Origin: a virus
Taxonomy: Duplodnaviria > Heunggongvirae > Uroviricota > Caudoviricetes
Length of the DNA: 64,000 bases
Direction: 5' to 3' (one strand)
IMG/VR virus record: IMGVR_UViG_3300017917_003521
The position numbers and the translations under genes were made by a program. Under the pieces are notes generated by a model that was not told the DNA's origin, searched no databases, and worked only from the letters and a program-made list of their open reading frames with translations. Shown one piece after another: positions 43,318 through 52,956 of the stretch. Position 1 is the stretch's first letter. Each line of letters begins with the position of its first letter.

Positions 43318-43902
43318 ATGACTTTGTATATTTTTATTTCACATCAAAAGAATTTAAATAATTGCTATGATCGAATAGCTAAAATGATGAAGACCGACTT
43401 TGTGGTAATTCAAGGCGGTGCTATAAAAGATTATTATGATGAGGAAAAAAATATTCTTAATCTTAATTGTAATGATTCATATGTTGGACTTCCAGAAAAA
43501 GTAATGAAAACATTTCACTTCTTAATAAGTGATGATAGATTCAAAGACTATACACATTTTTGTAAGCTAGATGATGATATGAATTTATTAAAAAGATTTG
43601 AAAATCTAGAAGGCGACTACATTGGTAATGTACATTATATTGATGGTAATAGACAATGGCATATTGGTAGATGTGGTAACTTTTGGGATAGAATTCCTTA
43701 TTTAGGTGAGTTTAAGCCTTGGTGTATGGGTGGTTTTGGTTATATAGTATCAAGAAATGCTTTGCAAAAAGCCTTACCAAATTTTAATTACTTAGACCAT
43801 ATCTATGAGGATGTTTATATTGGTTTACTAATGTATAATTCAAAAGTATCACCTAAGATGATTAATATGACTGAATACTTTGTAAGTCCAGATCATAGAT
43901 AA
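43318..43902 (+). CDS. Galactosyltransferase-like (GT31 / Galactosyl_T)
   Basis: THFCKLDDD, WCMGGFGYIVSR, YEDVYIG. Confidence 0.7.
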   Translation: MTLYIFISHQKNLNNCYDRIAKMMKTDFVVIQGGAIKDYYDEEKNILNLNCNDSYVGLPEKVMKTFHFLISDDRFKDYTHFCKLDDDMNLLKRFENLEGDYIGNVHYIDGNRQWHIGRCGNFWDRIPYLGEFKPWCMGGFGYIVSRNALQKALPNFNYLDHIYEDVYIGLLMYNSKVSPKMINMTEYFVSPDHR

Positions 43903-43916
43903 AAATATTAAATTTA

Positions 43917-44768
43917 ATGTTTAATTTAGAAGAATTAACTATCATAATTCCTGTTAAAGTCGAATCTAATGACAGATATAATAATCTTAAAGTTGTATTG
44001 GGTTATATTAATAATCATTTTAAAACAAATGTAAAGATTATTGAGGAATCTCCTGATAAACCAAAAGTTGATTTTCTTAGTGATTTTATTAATCTAAATA
44101 TTGATTATAAATTTTATTGTGTTGAGGGCAATAAACCCTATCACAGAACTAAATACTTAAATGAGATGTTATTTTCTACAACTACAAAAGTTGTATCAAA
44201 TTATGATTCAGATGTATTTTTCCCAGTTGAAACATATATTAATGTTGTAAATTCTATTATAAATAACGAATATGATTTTGTTTATCCATATATATTTGGT
44301 GATGGTCAAAAACAATTATACTATAGTAAATGGTATGAAGATCCACTAGGTAAATGGTTATACTATCCAATGTATAAATTCACAGAAGATTGGAATCCTT
44401 CTATTTTTGAAAGTGATGATATTGATGATAAAAAAAGAGTTGTAATACAAAATTCAGAATGTGGTCACTCTATTTTTGCTAACACTGAAAAATACAAAGA
44501 GGCTTTCGGTGAAAATGAAAATTTTATATCATACGGACCTGAGGACCAAGAAAGATTATACAGATTTAAAAAACTTGGTTATAGATTAAACTGGTATAAT
44601 GATTTTGTTTATCATATAGAACACGAAAGAACTCCTGATTCTAATAGAGAAAATCCAATGTTTAATTCAAACAATGAACTATTTGAATATATTAAAAGTC
44701 TAAATGAAAAAGAATTGTTTGAGTACTATAAAAACATTAATTATTTAAAAAAGTATAAATTAAAATGA
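43917..44768 (+). CDS. Glycosyltransferase with GT7-C-like motif
   Basis: NYDSD; GENENFISYGPEDQER. Confidence 0.7.
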   Translation: MFNLEELTIIIPVKVESNDRYNNLKVVLGYINNHFKTNVKIIEESPDKPKVDFLSDFINLNIDYKFYCVEGNKPYHRTKYLNEMLFSTTTKVVSNYDSDVFFPVETYINVVNSIINNEYDFVYPYIFGDGQKQLYYSKWYEDPLGKWLYYPMYKFTEDWNPSIFESDDIDDKKRVVIQNSECGHSIFANTEKYKEAFGENENFISYGPEDQERLYRFKKLGYRLNWYNDFVYHIEHERTPDSNRENPMFNSNNELFEYIKSLNEKELFEYYKNINYLKKYKLK

Positions 44769-45448
44769 AAAAAATAGGTTTATTAATTATTGCAACAAAT
44801 AAGTATGTTGATTTTTTACATACATTAATTTCCAGTGCAGATAATTATTTTCTACCCAATCAAGATGTTACTTATTTTATATTCACGAATCAAGATTTAG
44901 ATATTGAATCTAAAAGAAATATTGTTAGAATAGAAACTGAACATAAGTCTTGGCCCTGGATGACACTTGGTAGATATAAAATATTCACTCAAAACTCTGA
45001 TATACTTTCAAATATGGACTATCTATATTACTGTGATGCTGATATGAGATTTGAGGGATTGGTATCTGATGAAGTTTTAGGTGATTTAGTTGCAACTCAA
45101 CATCATGGTTATTGTGGAAAAAGAGGTACACCAGAAATGAGACCATTCTCTACCGCATTTGTTAGACCCGATGAAGATATGCAATATTTTGCTGGGGGAT
45201 TTAATGGAGGTAAGTCATATAATTATTTAGAGATGGCTAAAGTATTATCTAATAATATAGATATAGATTTTTCAAATAATATTATTGCTGTATGGCATGA
45301 TGAAAGTCACATCAATAGATATTTTATAGATAATAAACCTACTAAAATTTTGAGTCCAAGTTATTGCTTCTATGAACATATAGAAGATCCAAGGTTTGAA
45401 AGAAAATTACTGGCTTTACAAAAAAATCACAGTGAAATAAGAAATTAA
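44765..45448 (+). CDS. Family 6 glycosyltransferase (ABO-like alpha-1,3-Gal/GalNAc transferase)
   Basis: IATNKY, WPWMTLGRY, YCDADM, YFAGGFNGG, WHDESHINRY. Confidence 0.9.
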   Translation: MKKIGLLIIATNKYVDFLHTLISSADNYFLPNQDVTYFIFTNQDLDIESKRNIVRIETEHKSWPWMTLGRYKIFTQNSDILSNMDYLYYCDADMRFEGLVSDEVLGDLVATQHHGYCGKRGTPEMRPFSTAFVRPDEDMQYFAGGFNGGKSYNYLEMAKVLSNNIDIDFSNNIIAVWHDESHINRYFIDNKPTKILSPSYCFYEHIEDPRFERKLLALQKNHSEIRN

Positions 45449-45481
45449 TATTTCTTTAAATAAAAATAAATTAATTAATAA

Positions 45482-46144
45482 ATGAAGATTGGCGTAGTTT
45501 TTTTCCATTCAGATATACAAAAGATTTATAAGGATAGATGGATTAAAAAGTCTGTTGAATCTATATTAAATCAGACTTATAAAGATTTTTCAATATATGA
45601 GATAAATTATTCAAGTGAGAATGAAAATTTTTCTGTAGTTGGCGATGAAGTTAATAAAAAGTTCTGGTCAAAAAAAATGTCAAATTACGCTGAAGCTATG
45701 AATTTTATAATTACAGAAGCTTTTCTAGATGGTTGTGATTACGTTTTTAATACAAATCTAGATGATTATTATGATAAATATAGATTTGAGTCTCAGTTAA
45801 ATTTGATGAAAGTACATGACTTTGATATACTCAGTTCTGATTTTTGTTATATAGTTGAGAATATTAACAATGAGGATGAAATTTCTCTTTATATGAATAT
45901 TACAAAATTTGGAGATATTAAATTTAATTTGTTTAACTCAAATAATGTAATTGCTCATCCATGTGTTTGTTATAGTAAAAGATTCTGGAATGACCCTCAA
46001 AATAGATATGATACATCAAAGGTTCCTGAAGAAGACTATGACTTGTGGAAAAGGTCAATATTAAGAGGTTATAAATTTGGCATTGATAAAAACTTACTTC
46101 TTTATTATAGAAGACATAATAATCAAGTAAGTGAAAAAAAATAA
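45482..46144 (+). CDS. GT2-like glycosyltransferase
   Basis: SILNQTYKDF, NLDD, EEDYDLW.R, LLYYRRH..QVS. Confidence 0.75.
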   Translation: MKIGVVFFHSDIQKIYKDRWIKKSVESILNQTYKDFSIYEINYSSENENFSVVGDEVNKKFWSKKMSNYAEAMNFIITEAFLDGCDYVFNTNLDDYYDKYRFESQLNLMKVHDFDILSSDFCYIVENINNEDEISLYMNITKFGDIKFNLFNSNNVIAHPCVCYSKRFWNDPQNRYDTSKVPEEDYDLWKRSILRGYKFGIDKNLLLYYRRHNNQVSEKK

Positions 46145-46153
46145 AAAAAGAAA

Positions 46154-46774
46154 ATGAGTTTAAGTTATTTTGATTATGATTCACTACAAAAATGGTTTGG
46201 TGATAATGGTGATAAAACACATAGATTAAACTACGAATTGAATGAAGATTCTGTAGTTTTTGATTTAGGTGGATTTGAAGGTGGTTGGTCTGCTGATATC
46301 GTAGAAAAGTTTAATTGTAATGTTTACATATTTGAACCTGTACAGGTTTATTATGAAAAAATAGTAGATAGATTTAAATCTAATAGTAAAGTTAGAGCTT
46401 TTAACATTGGTTTATGTAATAAAAATGAACTTGTAGATATATTTTATAATGGTGATTCATCATCAATGATTTTCAAAACATCAACCGTTGAAAAAATTCA
46501 AATTAAAAATATTTGTGATTTTTTAGATGATATTAAAATAAATAAAATAGATCTTATAAAAATTAATATAGAAGGTGCCGAGTTTGACCTTTTAGATGAA
46601 ATTATAAATCGAGGTTATCAAGATAAGTTTGATAATATACAAGTGCAATTTCATAAAATGTTTGATGATTGTTATGAGAGAAGAGATGCTATAAGAAAAA
46701 AACTATCCGAAACACACCATTTAACATATGATTATACATTTGTTTGGGAAAATTGGAAAAAAAATAATTTATGA
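46154..46774 (+). CDS. FkbM-family methyltransferase
   Basis: VVFDLGG, IFEP, IDLIKINIEGAE. Confidence 0.85.
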   Translation: MSLSYFDYDSLQKWFGDNGDKTHRLNYELNEDSVVFDLGGFEGGWSADIVEKFNCNVYIFEPVQVYYEKIVDRFKSNSKVRAFNIGLCNKNELVDIFYNGDSSSMIFKTSTVEKIQIKNICDFLDDIKINKIDLIKINIEGAEFDLLDEIINRGYQDKFDNIQVQFHKMFDDCYERRDAIRKKLSETHHLTYDYTFVWENWKKNNL

Positions 46775-46775
46775 T

Positions 46776-47372
46776 ATGAAGTATTATTCACAAGCTGGAC
46801 AAGATGAGTGGGTTGTTAACTTTTTTAAAAGTAAAAAAAATGGATATTTTTTAGATATTGGTGCTCATAATGGCATAGAGATAAATAACACTTATTATTT
46901 AGAAAAAAATTTAGACTGGTCAGGAATTTGTATAGAAGCAAATCCTTTAATTTTTGAAGAACTTAAAATAAATAGAAATTGTGATACTATAAATTGTGCA
47001 GTATCGGATTGTGTTGAAGAGTTAAATTTTATCATGGATGGATTAAGTGGTAGAATATCAAATAGTCAAGGAATTAAAATGATATCAAATACAATAGATA
47101 ACATAATTAGAGAAAATAATGTTCCTAAAATAATTGATTATATAAGCTTAGATGTTGAGGGTTATGAGACTAAGGTTTTAAGTAAATTTCCATTTGATGA
47201 TTATGAATTTGTATTAATGACAGTTGAACATAATTTATATCTAGGTGATAGTTCTAACAAGGAAAATATTAAGAGTATACTATTAAATAACGGTTACGCT
47301 TTATATCAAGAAAATGTCAGTCATCAAAACTTTGAATTTGAAGATTGGTATATCAATAAAAAATATCTTTAA
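46776..47372 (+). CDS. FkbM-family methyltransferase (likely start MKYYSQ)
   Basis: YSQAGQD, FLDIGAHNG, SLDVEGYE; start coordinate approximate. Confidence 0.8.
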   Translation: MKYYSQAGQDEWVVNFFKSKKNGYFLDIGAHNGIEINNTYYLEKNLDWSGICIEANPLIFEELKINRNCDTINCAVSDCVEELNFIMDGLSGRISNSQGIKMISNTIDNIIRENNVPKIIDYISLDVEGYETKVLSKFPFDDYEFVLMTVEHNLYLGDSSNKENIKSILLNNGYALYQENVSHQNFEFEDWYINKKYL

Positions 47373-47374
47373 TA

Positions 47375-48148
47375 ATGATAGTTACTAAAATACAAGGAGG
47401 ACTAGCTAATCAGATATTTCAATGGGCTTATGCTAAATCACTTGAGATTGATTATAAGGTTCCTATGATGTTAGATATATCTTATTATTATAAAGATAAT
47501 GGTACAGATACAAAAAGAAGTTTTTGTTTAGATAAATTTCCTAATTTAAAATTTAATCTATTCGCTGGTAATGAAAGTTTTATAAATGTTTCAGATGATT
47601 CTTTTTTTAGAGAATTAAAAATTGATACTAACTATAATTATTATTTGAGTGGTTTTTGGCAAAGTGATGAGTATTTTAAAAATAATAGAATTGAAATTCT
47701 GAAAGAATTATTACCAACCGAATCAACAAAAAAAGAATTATTTAATTTATATCCATCTTTGAACTCAAATACAACTTCTATACATATAAGAAGAACTGAT
47801 TATTTAAATTCAAACGGTTATCATCCTGTTCAGACTATTGAATACTATGAAAAGGCAATTGAATTAGTTGGTAGTTATGACAATTTATTAATTTTTTCTG
47901 ATGATATTAGTTGGTGTAAGAATAATTTAGATTTTAGAAATATGATATTTATAGAAGGCAATGATGATATAATTGATTTATGGTTGATGTCTTTATGTAA
48001 AAATAATATAATCGCAAATAGCTCTTTTAGTTGGTGGGGTGCTTATTTGAATTTGAATAAAAATAAAAAAGTTATTGCACCATCACAATGGTATGGTCAT
48101 TTTACTGGTAAAAAAAATACTTTACCAGAAGATTGGATAATAATATAA
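47375..48148 (+). CDS. Alpha-1,2-fucosyltransferase (GT11)
   Basis: GGLANQIFQ, IHIRRTDY, FSDDISWC, IIANSSFSWWGAYL. Confidence 0.9.
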   Translation: MIVTKIQGGLANQIFQWAYAKSLEIDYKVPMMLDISYYYKDNGTDTKRSFCLDKFPNLKFNLFAGNESFINVSDDSFFRELKIDTNYNYYLSGFWQSDEYFKNNRIEILKELLPTESTKKELFNLYPSLNSNTTSIHIRRTDYLNSNGYHPVQTIEYYEKAIELVGSYDNLLIFSDDISWCKNNLDFRNMIFIEGNDDIIDLWLMSLCKNNIIANSSFSWWGAYLNLNKNKKVIAPSQWYGHFTGKKNTLPEDWIII

Positions 48149-48158
48149 TAATAAAATT

Positions 48159-48974
48159 ATGATAGTAGTTAAGTTACAAGGTGGAATGGGTAATCAAATG
48201 TTTCAATACGCGGTTGCTAAAAGTTTATCAATTAAATATAATATTCCTTTTTTTATGGATAGAAATTACATTGATAAATTTGATTGGAGAAATTATGATT
48301 TAGATCTTTTTAATGTAGATGAGAATTTTATAATTAATCCTATTGAAGCAATTCCTGTAAATGATGGTGTTGGCTTATCATTTAACAATGAGATATATAA
48401 TATTTTTGATAATATTCCACTAGAACAAAATATTTACTTAGAAGGTTATTTTCAAAATATAGGCTACACTGATCCTATTTATAATATTCTAAAGAAAGAT
48501 TTTAAATTAAAAAATGATATAAATGATAATAGAAGTTTAGATTTATTAAATGAAATAAAATCTACTAATTCTGTTATGTTAAATGTTCGCAGAACAGACT
48601 TTGTTAATAGTAGTTTTCACGGAACAATGGATGTTGATTATTACAATAATGCTATTTCAATAATAAATGAAAAAGTCGAAAATCCTAAATACTTTATATT
48701 TTCAGATGATATTGAATGGTGTAAAGAAAATTTAAGTAATATAGATAATTCTTTTATTGTAGATCATTCTTATAAGGGTGATAGATTTGGTGAGTATTTA
48801 GAACTGATGAAAAATTGTAAACATTTTATAATTCCAAATAGTTCATTTGCATGGTGGTCTGCTTACTTATGTGAGAATGAAAATAAAATAGTTATCGCAC
48901 CTGAAAGATGGCTTTTAAATCAAAATTTAGATGTTGATGTAGTTAGTGAAAAATTAAATTGGATTAAAATATGA
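48159..48974 (+). CDS. Alpha-1,2-fucosyltransferase (GT11)
   Basis: GGMGNQMFQY, NVRRTDF, FSDDIEWC, IIPNSSFAWWSAYL. Confidence 0.9.
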   Translation: MIVVKLQGGMGNQMFQYAVAKSLSIKYNIPFFMDRNYIDKFDWRNYDLDLFNVDENFIINPIEAIPVNDGVGLSFNNEIYNIFDNIPLEQNIYLEGYFQNIGYTDPIYNILKKDFKLKNDINDNRSLDLLNEIKSTNSVMLNVRRTDFVNSSFHGTMDVDYYNNAISIINEKVENPKYFIFSDDIEWCKENLSNIDNSFIVDHSYKGDRFGEYLELMKNCKHFIIPNSSFAWWSAYLCENENKIVIAPERWLLNQNLDVDVVSEKLNWIKI

Positions 48975-50056
48975 AAATAGCAATTGTAACAGGGTCAGCT
49001 GGTCTAATAGGATCACAAGCCTGTGACTTCTTTAGTGAGAGAGGATATAAAATTATTGGTATAGATAACGATATGAGAGCTTATTTCTTTGGTGAGGGTT
49101 CTTCTACTAAAGATTCATTAGAGTCTCTTAAATCAAAAATAAATGACTATGAACACTATAATATAGATATCAGAGACTATCAAAAATTAAATGAAGTATT
49201 TAGTAAATACAAATCTGATATTGATATTGTTATTCACACAGCGGCTCAACCATCTCATGATTGGGCGGCTAATGAACCTTTAACAGATTTTAGTATTAAT
49301 GCCACAGGAACAATGAATATGTTAGAAGTAACAAGATTAAATTGTCCTAAAGCAACATTTATTTTTACCTCTACAAATAAAGTATATGGTGATACACCAA
49401 ACTATTTAGATTTAATTGAGACAGATACTAGATGGGAATTAAATAAAGAAACATTCAAATATAATCATTGTTTAGGAAGTGATGCTAGTATAAATGAAAA
49501 TATGTCAATTGACAATACTAAACACTCTGTATTTGGTGCTTCTAAAGTTGCAGCTGATATTATGTGCCAAGAGTATGGTAAATATTTTGGAATGAACGTT
49601 GGTATATTTAGAGGTGGTTGTTTAACAGGTCCTAATCACGCTGGTGCTGAATTGCACGGTTTTCTTTCTTATTTAGTTAAGTGTATTGTAAATGATAAAC
49701 CATATACAATCTTTGGTTATAAGGGTAAACAAGTAAGAGATAACATACACTCTTGGGATTTAGTTAATATGTTTTGGCACTTTCATCAAAATCCAAAACA
49801 AGGCGAAGTTTATAATGCTGGTGGCGGTAGAGATAACTCTACTTCTATATTAGAAGCTATTGAAACAATTAATAGAATTGCTGGTACTAATTGGAATAAC
49901 TATACTATATCAGAACAAAATAGAATAGGTGATCATATTTGGTATATTTCTGATTTAAGAAAATTTAGAACTCACTACCCTGAATGGAATATAACTATTA
50001 GTTTAGAAGAAACCATTAAACAGATGGTAGATTTTGAAAAAAATAAAGTAAAGTAA
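48971..50056 (+). CDS. rfbE: NAD-dependent sugar epimerase (CDP-paratose 2-epimerase-like)
   Basis: TGSAGLIG, HTAAQPSHD, STNKVYGD, FRGGCLTGP, GKQVRDNIH. Confidence 0.75.
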   Translation: MKIAIVTGSAGLIGSQACDFFSERGYKIIGIDNDMRAYFFGEGSSTKDSLESLKSKINDYEHYNIDIRDYQKLNEVFSKYKSDIDIVIHTAAQPSHDWAANEPLTDFSINATGTMNMLEVTRLNCPKATFIFTSTNKVYGDTPNYLDLIETDTRWELNKETFKYNHCLGSDASINENMSIDNTKHSVFGASKVAADIMCQEYGKYFGMNVGIFRGGCLTGPNHAGAELHGFLSYLVKCIVNDKPYTIFGYKGKQVRDNIHSWDLVNMFWHFHQNPKQGEVYNAGGGRDNSTSILEAIETINRIAGTNWNNYTISEQNRIGDHIWYISDLRKFRTHYPEWNITISLEETIKQMVDFEKNKVK

Positions 50057-50905
50057 ATGAACGTAATTTCAATTTTAATAAGTGGTAGAGATTTTAAACA
50101 ACCATATTCATTAAATGATAAATCGCCAAATAATAGCACAGGTTTATGTAATCAACTTTTTCACTTTATAAATAGTGTTAGTATGTATAGTTTAGAAAAT
50201 GATGTTTACTTTGATTTTTTCAGTAAAGACTATAGATCTGGTGATCTGCTAAAACTTTCAGATATTTTAGATATTCAAAAAATGAAAAGTCTTTATAATT
50301 GGAGAATAAATGATTTAATTGAATTTGAAGGTGTTAATTATACCATATTTAGAATTGGTGGTGTGTTTATGACATATAATTCTGATGTTAATAAATTTAT
50401 TGATATAACTAAAAAAATTATTTTTAATGACAAATATGAATTACTTTCTAAAAAAGTTATTGATAGTATGTCTCTAAATGAAGAAGAAGTAAACCTTGTT
50501 CATTTAAGAATTGATCATGACGCTGAAGATCATATTTCAAGGCATGTCTCGAAGTCTGCTTTTGAGAGTTATATAAATTCATACAAACGTGAAATATTAA
50601 AAAATTGTTCAACTGATAAAAAATTGGTATTGCTATTAGAAGATATTAATCATCCCTTAGTTAAAGAACTATCTAGTATCTATAATGTTGTTTACTTTTC
50701 AAAAGATTTGATTTTAGAAACATACAATTCAATGTATGATGATAAAGTATTAGATGGTAGAGAAATGTATGCTTTAATTGATTTATTAATTGGTAAAAAC
50801 TTGAAGGTGGATACCTATATATGTGCCGAAGGAGGAGTATTTACTAGTTCATTTAGTATTTTATTAAAACATCTAAATCAGTATAAAAAAATAATAACTA
50901 TATGA
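50057..50905 (+). CDS. Putative GT-B fucosyltransferase-like protein
   Basis: GLCNQLF, VHLRID.D, ALIDLL. Confidence 0.5.
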   Translation: MNVISILISGRDFKQPYSLNDKSPNNSTGLCNQLFHFINSVSMYSLENDVYFDFFSKDYRSGDLLKLSDILDIQKMKSLYNWRINDLIEFEGVNYTIFRIGGVFMTYNSDVNKFIDITKKIIFNDKYELLSKKVIDSMSLNEEEVNLVHLRIDHDAEDHISRHVSKSAFESYINSYKREILKNCSTDKKLVLLLEDINHPLVKELSSIYNVVYFSKDLILETYNSMYDDKVLDGREMYALIDLLIGKNLKVDTYICAEGGVFTSSFSILLKHLNQYKKIITI

Positions 50906-52353
50906 TTAAAGATAAAGACATTGTATTTGTAACAACCACTTTACATACTAAATGGTTAAATTATCAAAAGAGAATAATTAAGAATTTATTTCCAGATAGT
51001 CAACACATTATAGTTGATGGTAGAGGAAATTGGCCCAATTCCTGGTTCTATTGGATAGACGAAGTTAAGAAATGTGAACAAAAATATTTTGTTCATATAG
51101 ATGAAGATTTTTTCATAACATCAAAAGATGAGTTTATGAAAGTTTTTGATAAAATAGAATCAGAAGGATTAGACTTAGTAGGTTGTTCAGATGGTTATCA
51201 TCATTTTAGAGGAGCTAATCCAGTTGCTATTAATACATTTCTAATGTATGGTAAAGTAGAACATGTTAAAATGATAGAAACTGATCTAAAAAATCTTAAA
51301 TATGATATGGTCTCATTTGATGGTTTATATCATTGGAGAAATAGTGCTGATATAAAGATGAAAGAATCATATAAAGATGAATTTAATTATGAGCATAAAA
51401 TTTTAGGTAGTGGTAATTTTAACTGTGAGCAAGAACCTTATTACTCTTTTCTTTGGTCTATGAAAGACTTAGGTTGTAAATTTGGATATTTATATCCAAA
51501 TTTTGACACAAAGTATAAGTCAACTAATCCTAGATTGAGTGAGAACTCTGAGGATATTGGAATACATATGTGGTATACAAGACAATGGAATCAAGAATTT
51601 GATGTGTGGGGAATGCCTAACAAAGCTAGATATGAAGAAGTTGAAAAGATGTTATTAAATAACAAAAAGATAAATATTTATATTAATGTGGCTATAACAG
51701 GCAGTGTTAATTATGTATTAGCAGATCTTATAAATTCTATAATAAAAAGTGGTTTATATTCTGCTTGTAATCAAATATTTTTAATATTGAATGGTGATAT
51801 TAGAAATATAAGTTTAAATCTAAATCTACCTAAAATTAAATTAGTATTTGAAAGTCAAGATATATCCAAGTGTGAGTTTCCAACCTTAAATAAAATATGG
51901 CTAGATTGTCAAGATAATGATATAACTGTTTTGTATTTACATACAAAAGGTGTTACAAAGCCAGGTAATCAAATGATTAAAGATTGGACAGACTATCTAA
52001 TTCATTTCAATATCTTAAATTGGCAAGATAGATTTTTTGAGTTGAATAATAACGACTGCACTGGTGTTAATTTAGGTGGTAACTCTGAAGATATTAACGA
52101 AAGACCTGAAACATGGGGATATGGAAAAGCTCCTTTACATTATAGTGGTAACTTTTGGTGGTCTACATCATCTCATATTAAAAAATTACCTGAACCATAT
52201 AAGTGGTTACCAGATAATAATTATTTAAAATGGAGAGTTATGGCTGAAATGTGGTTGTGTCAAGTATCTGATGCTAACTACAATTGTGTTTGGAAGTCAA
52301 ATGTTAATCATTATGTTGAAAATTATCCACCTGAATTGTATAAAAATGTTTAA
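50902..52353 (+). CDS. Two-domain putative glycosyltransferase
   Basis: HIDEDF; LYLHTKGV..., HYSGNFWW, AEMW. Confidence 0.55.
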   Translation: MIKDKDIVFVTTTLHTKWLNYQKRIIKNLFPDSQHIIVDGRGNWPNSWFYWIDEVKKCEQKYFVHIDEDFFITSKDEFMKVFDKIESEGLDLVGCSDGYHHFRGANPVAINTFLMYGKVEHVKMIETDLKNLKYDMVSFDGLYHWRNSADIKMKESYKDEFNYEHKILGSGNFNCEQEPYYSFLWSMKDLGCKFGYLYPNFDTKYKSTNPRLSENSEDIGIHMWYTRQWNQEFDVWGMPNKARYEEVEKMLLNNKKINIYINVAITGSVNYVLADLINSIIKSGLYSACNQIFLILNGDIRNISLNLNLPKIKLVFESQDISKCEFPTLNKIWLDCQDNDITVLYLHTKGVTKPGNQMIKDWTDYLIHFNILNWQDRFFELNNNDCTGVNLGGNSEDINERPETWGYGKAPLHYSGNFWWSTSSHIKKLPEPYKWLPDNNYLKWRVMAEMWLCQVSDANYNCVWKSNVNHYVENYPPELYKNV

Positions 52354-52949
52354 AATCTTTGAATAATACTTGGTAAAGCACCAAGTTCAAGAACTTTACT
52401 TTTATCAAGTAAGAACTCAATATCATAGAAATTAAAGTGGAAACCCATAGTAAACTCTTTTGAGTTTACTTTTTGTTGTGAGTAGTTAAATGTATTTTCA
52501 GATAATGATTTTAATATTATCTCATAAAATCTAATAACATAAATTGCATCTCTGTGTATATCAACACAAGTGATTGTAAATGGATTTACCCAAGCATTAT
52601 CAACATCTAAATAGTGTTTATTTAAGATGTCAAACATTAACCAATAATTTAAGTCAGAGTCAACCGATCTAAAAGTCACTGTTAAGTCGTGTGTTGTAGT
52701 TATATCTTGTACGTTTTTAGATGGCTTGAACTGTCTTTCTTTACCTCTCATATTTATTTGTTTAGGCATATCAAATCCAAGACCTGGGAAATTAACAGAT
52801 TTAATAGTTGAGTTTAAATAGTCAATTACATTCTCATACTGCACCCAATTTTTTTCTAAAATTGGAGTATAAGTATTTATTATTTCTGGTTTAAGGAAAT
52901 CACTTGGTAAATTAAATATAAACTGACTCCCTTGACTACTTAATCTCAT
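52350..52949 (-). CDS. Tail tube-like / tail completion protein (T4 gp19/gp3/gp54 fold)
   Basis: IKSVNFPG, LTVTF..., YWLMFD pattern. Confidence 0.5.
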   Translation of the reverse strand: MRLSSQGSQFIFNLPSDFLKPEIINTYTPILEKNWVQYENVIDYLNSTIKSVNFPGLGFDMPKQINMRGKERQFKPSKNVQDITTTHDLTVTFRSVDSDLNYWLMFDILNKHYLDVDNAWVNPFTITCVDIHRDAIYVIRFYEIILKSLSENTFNYSQQKVNSKEFTMGFHFNFYDIEFLLDKSKVLELGALPSIIQRF

Positions 52950-52956
52950 CTAATTT

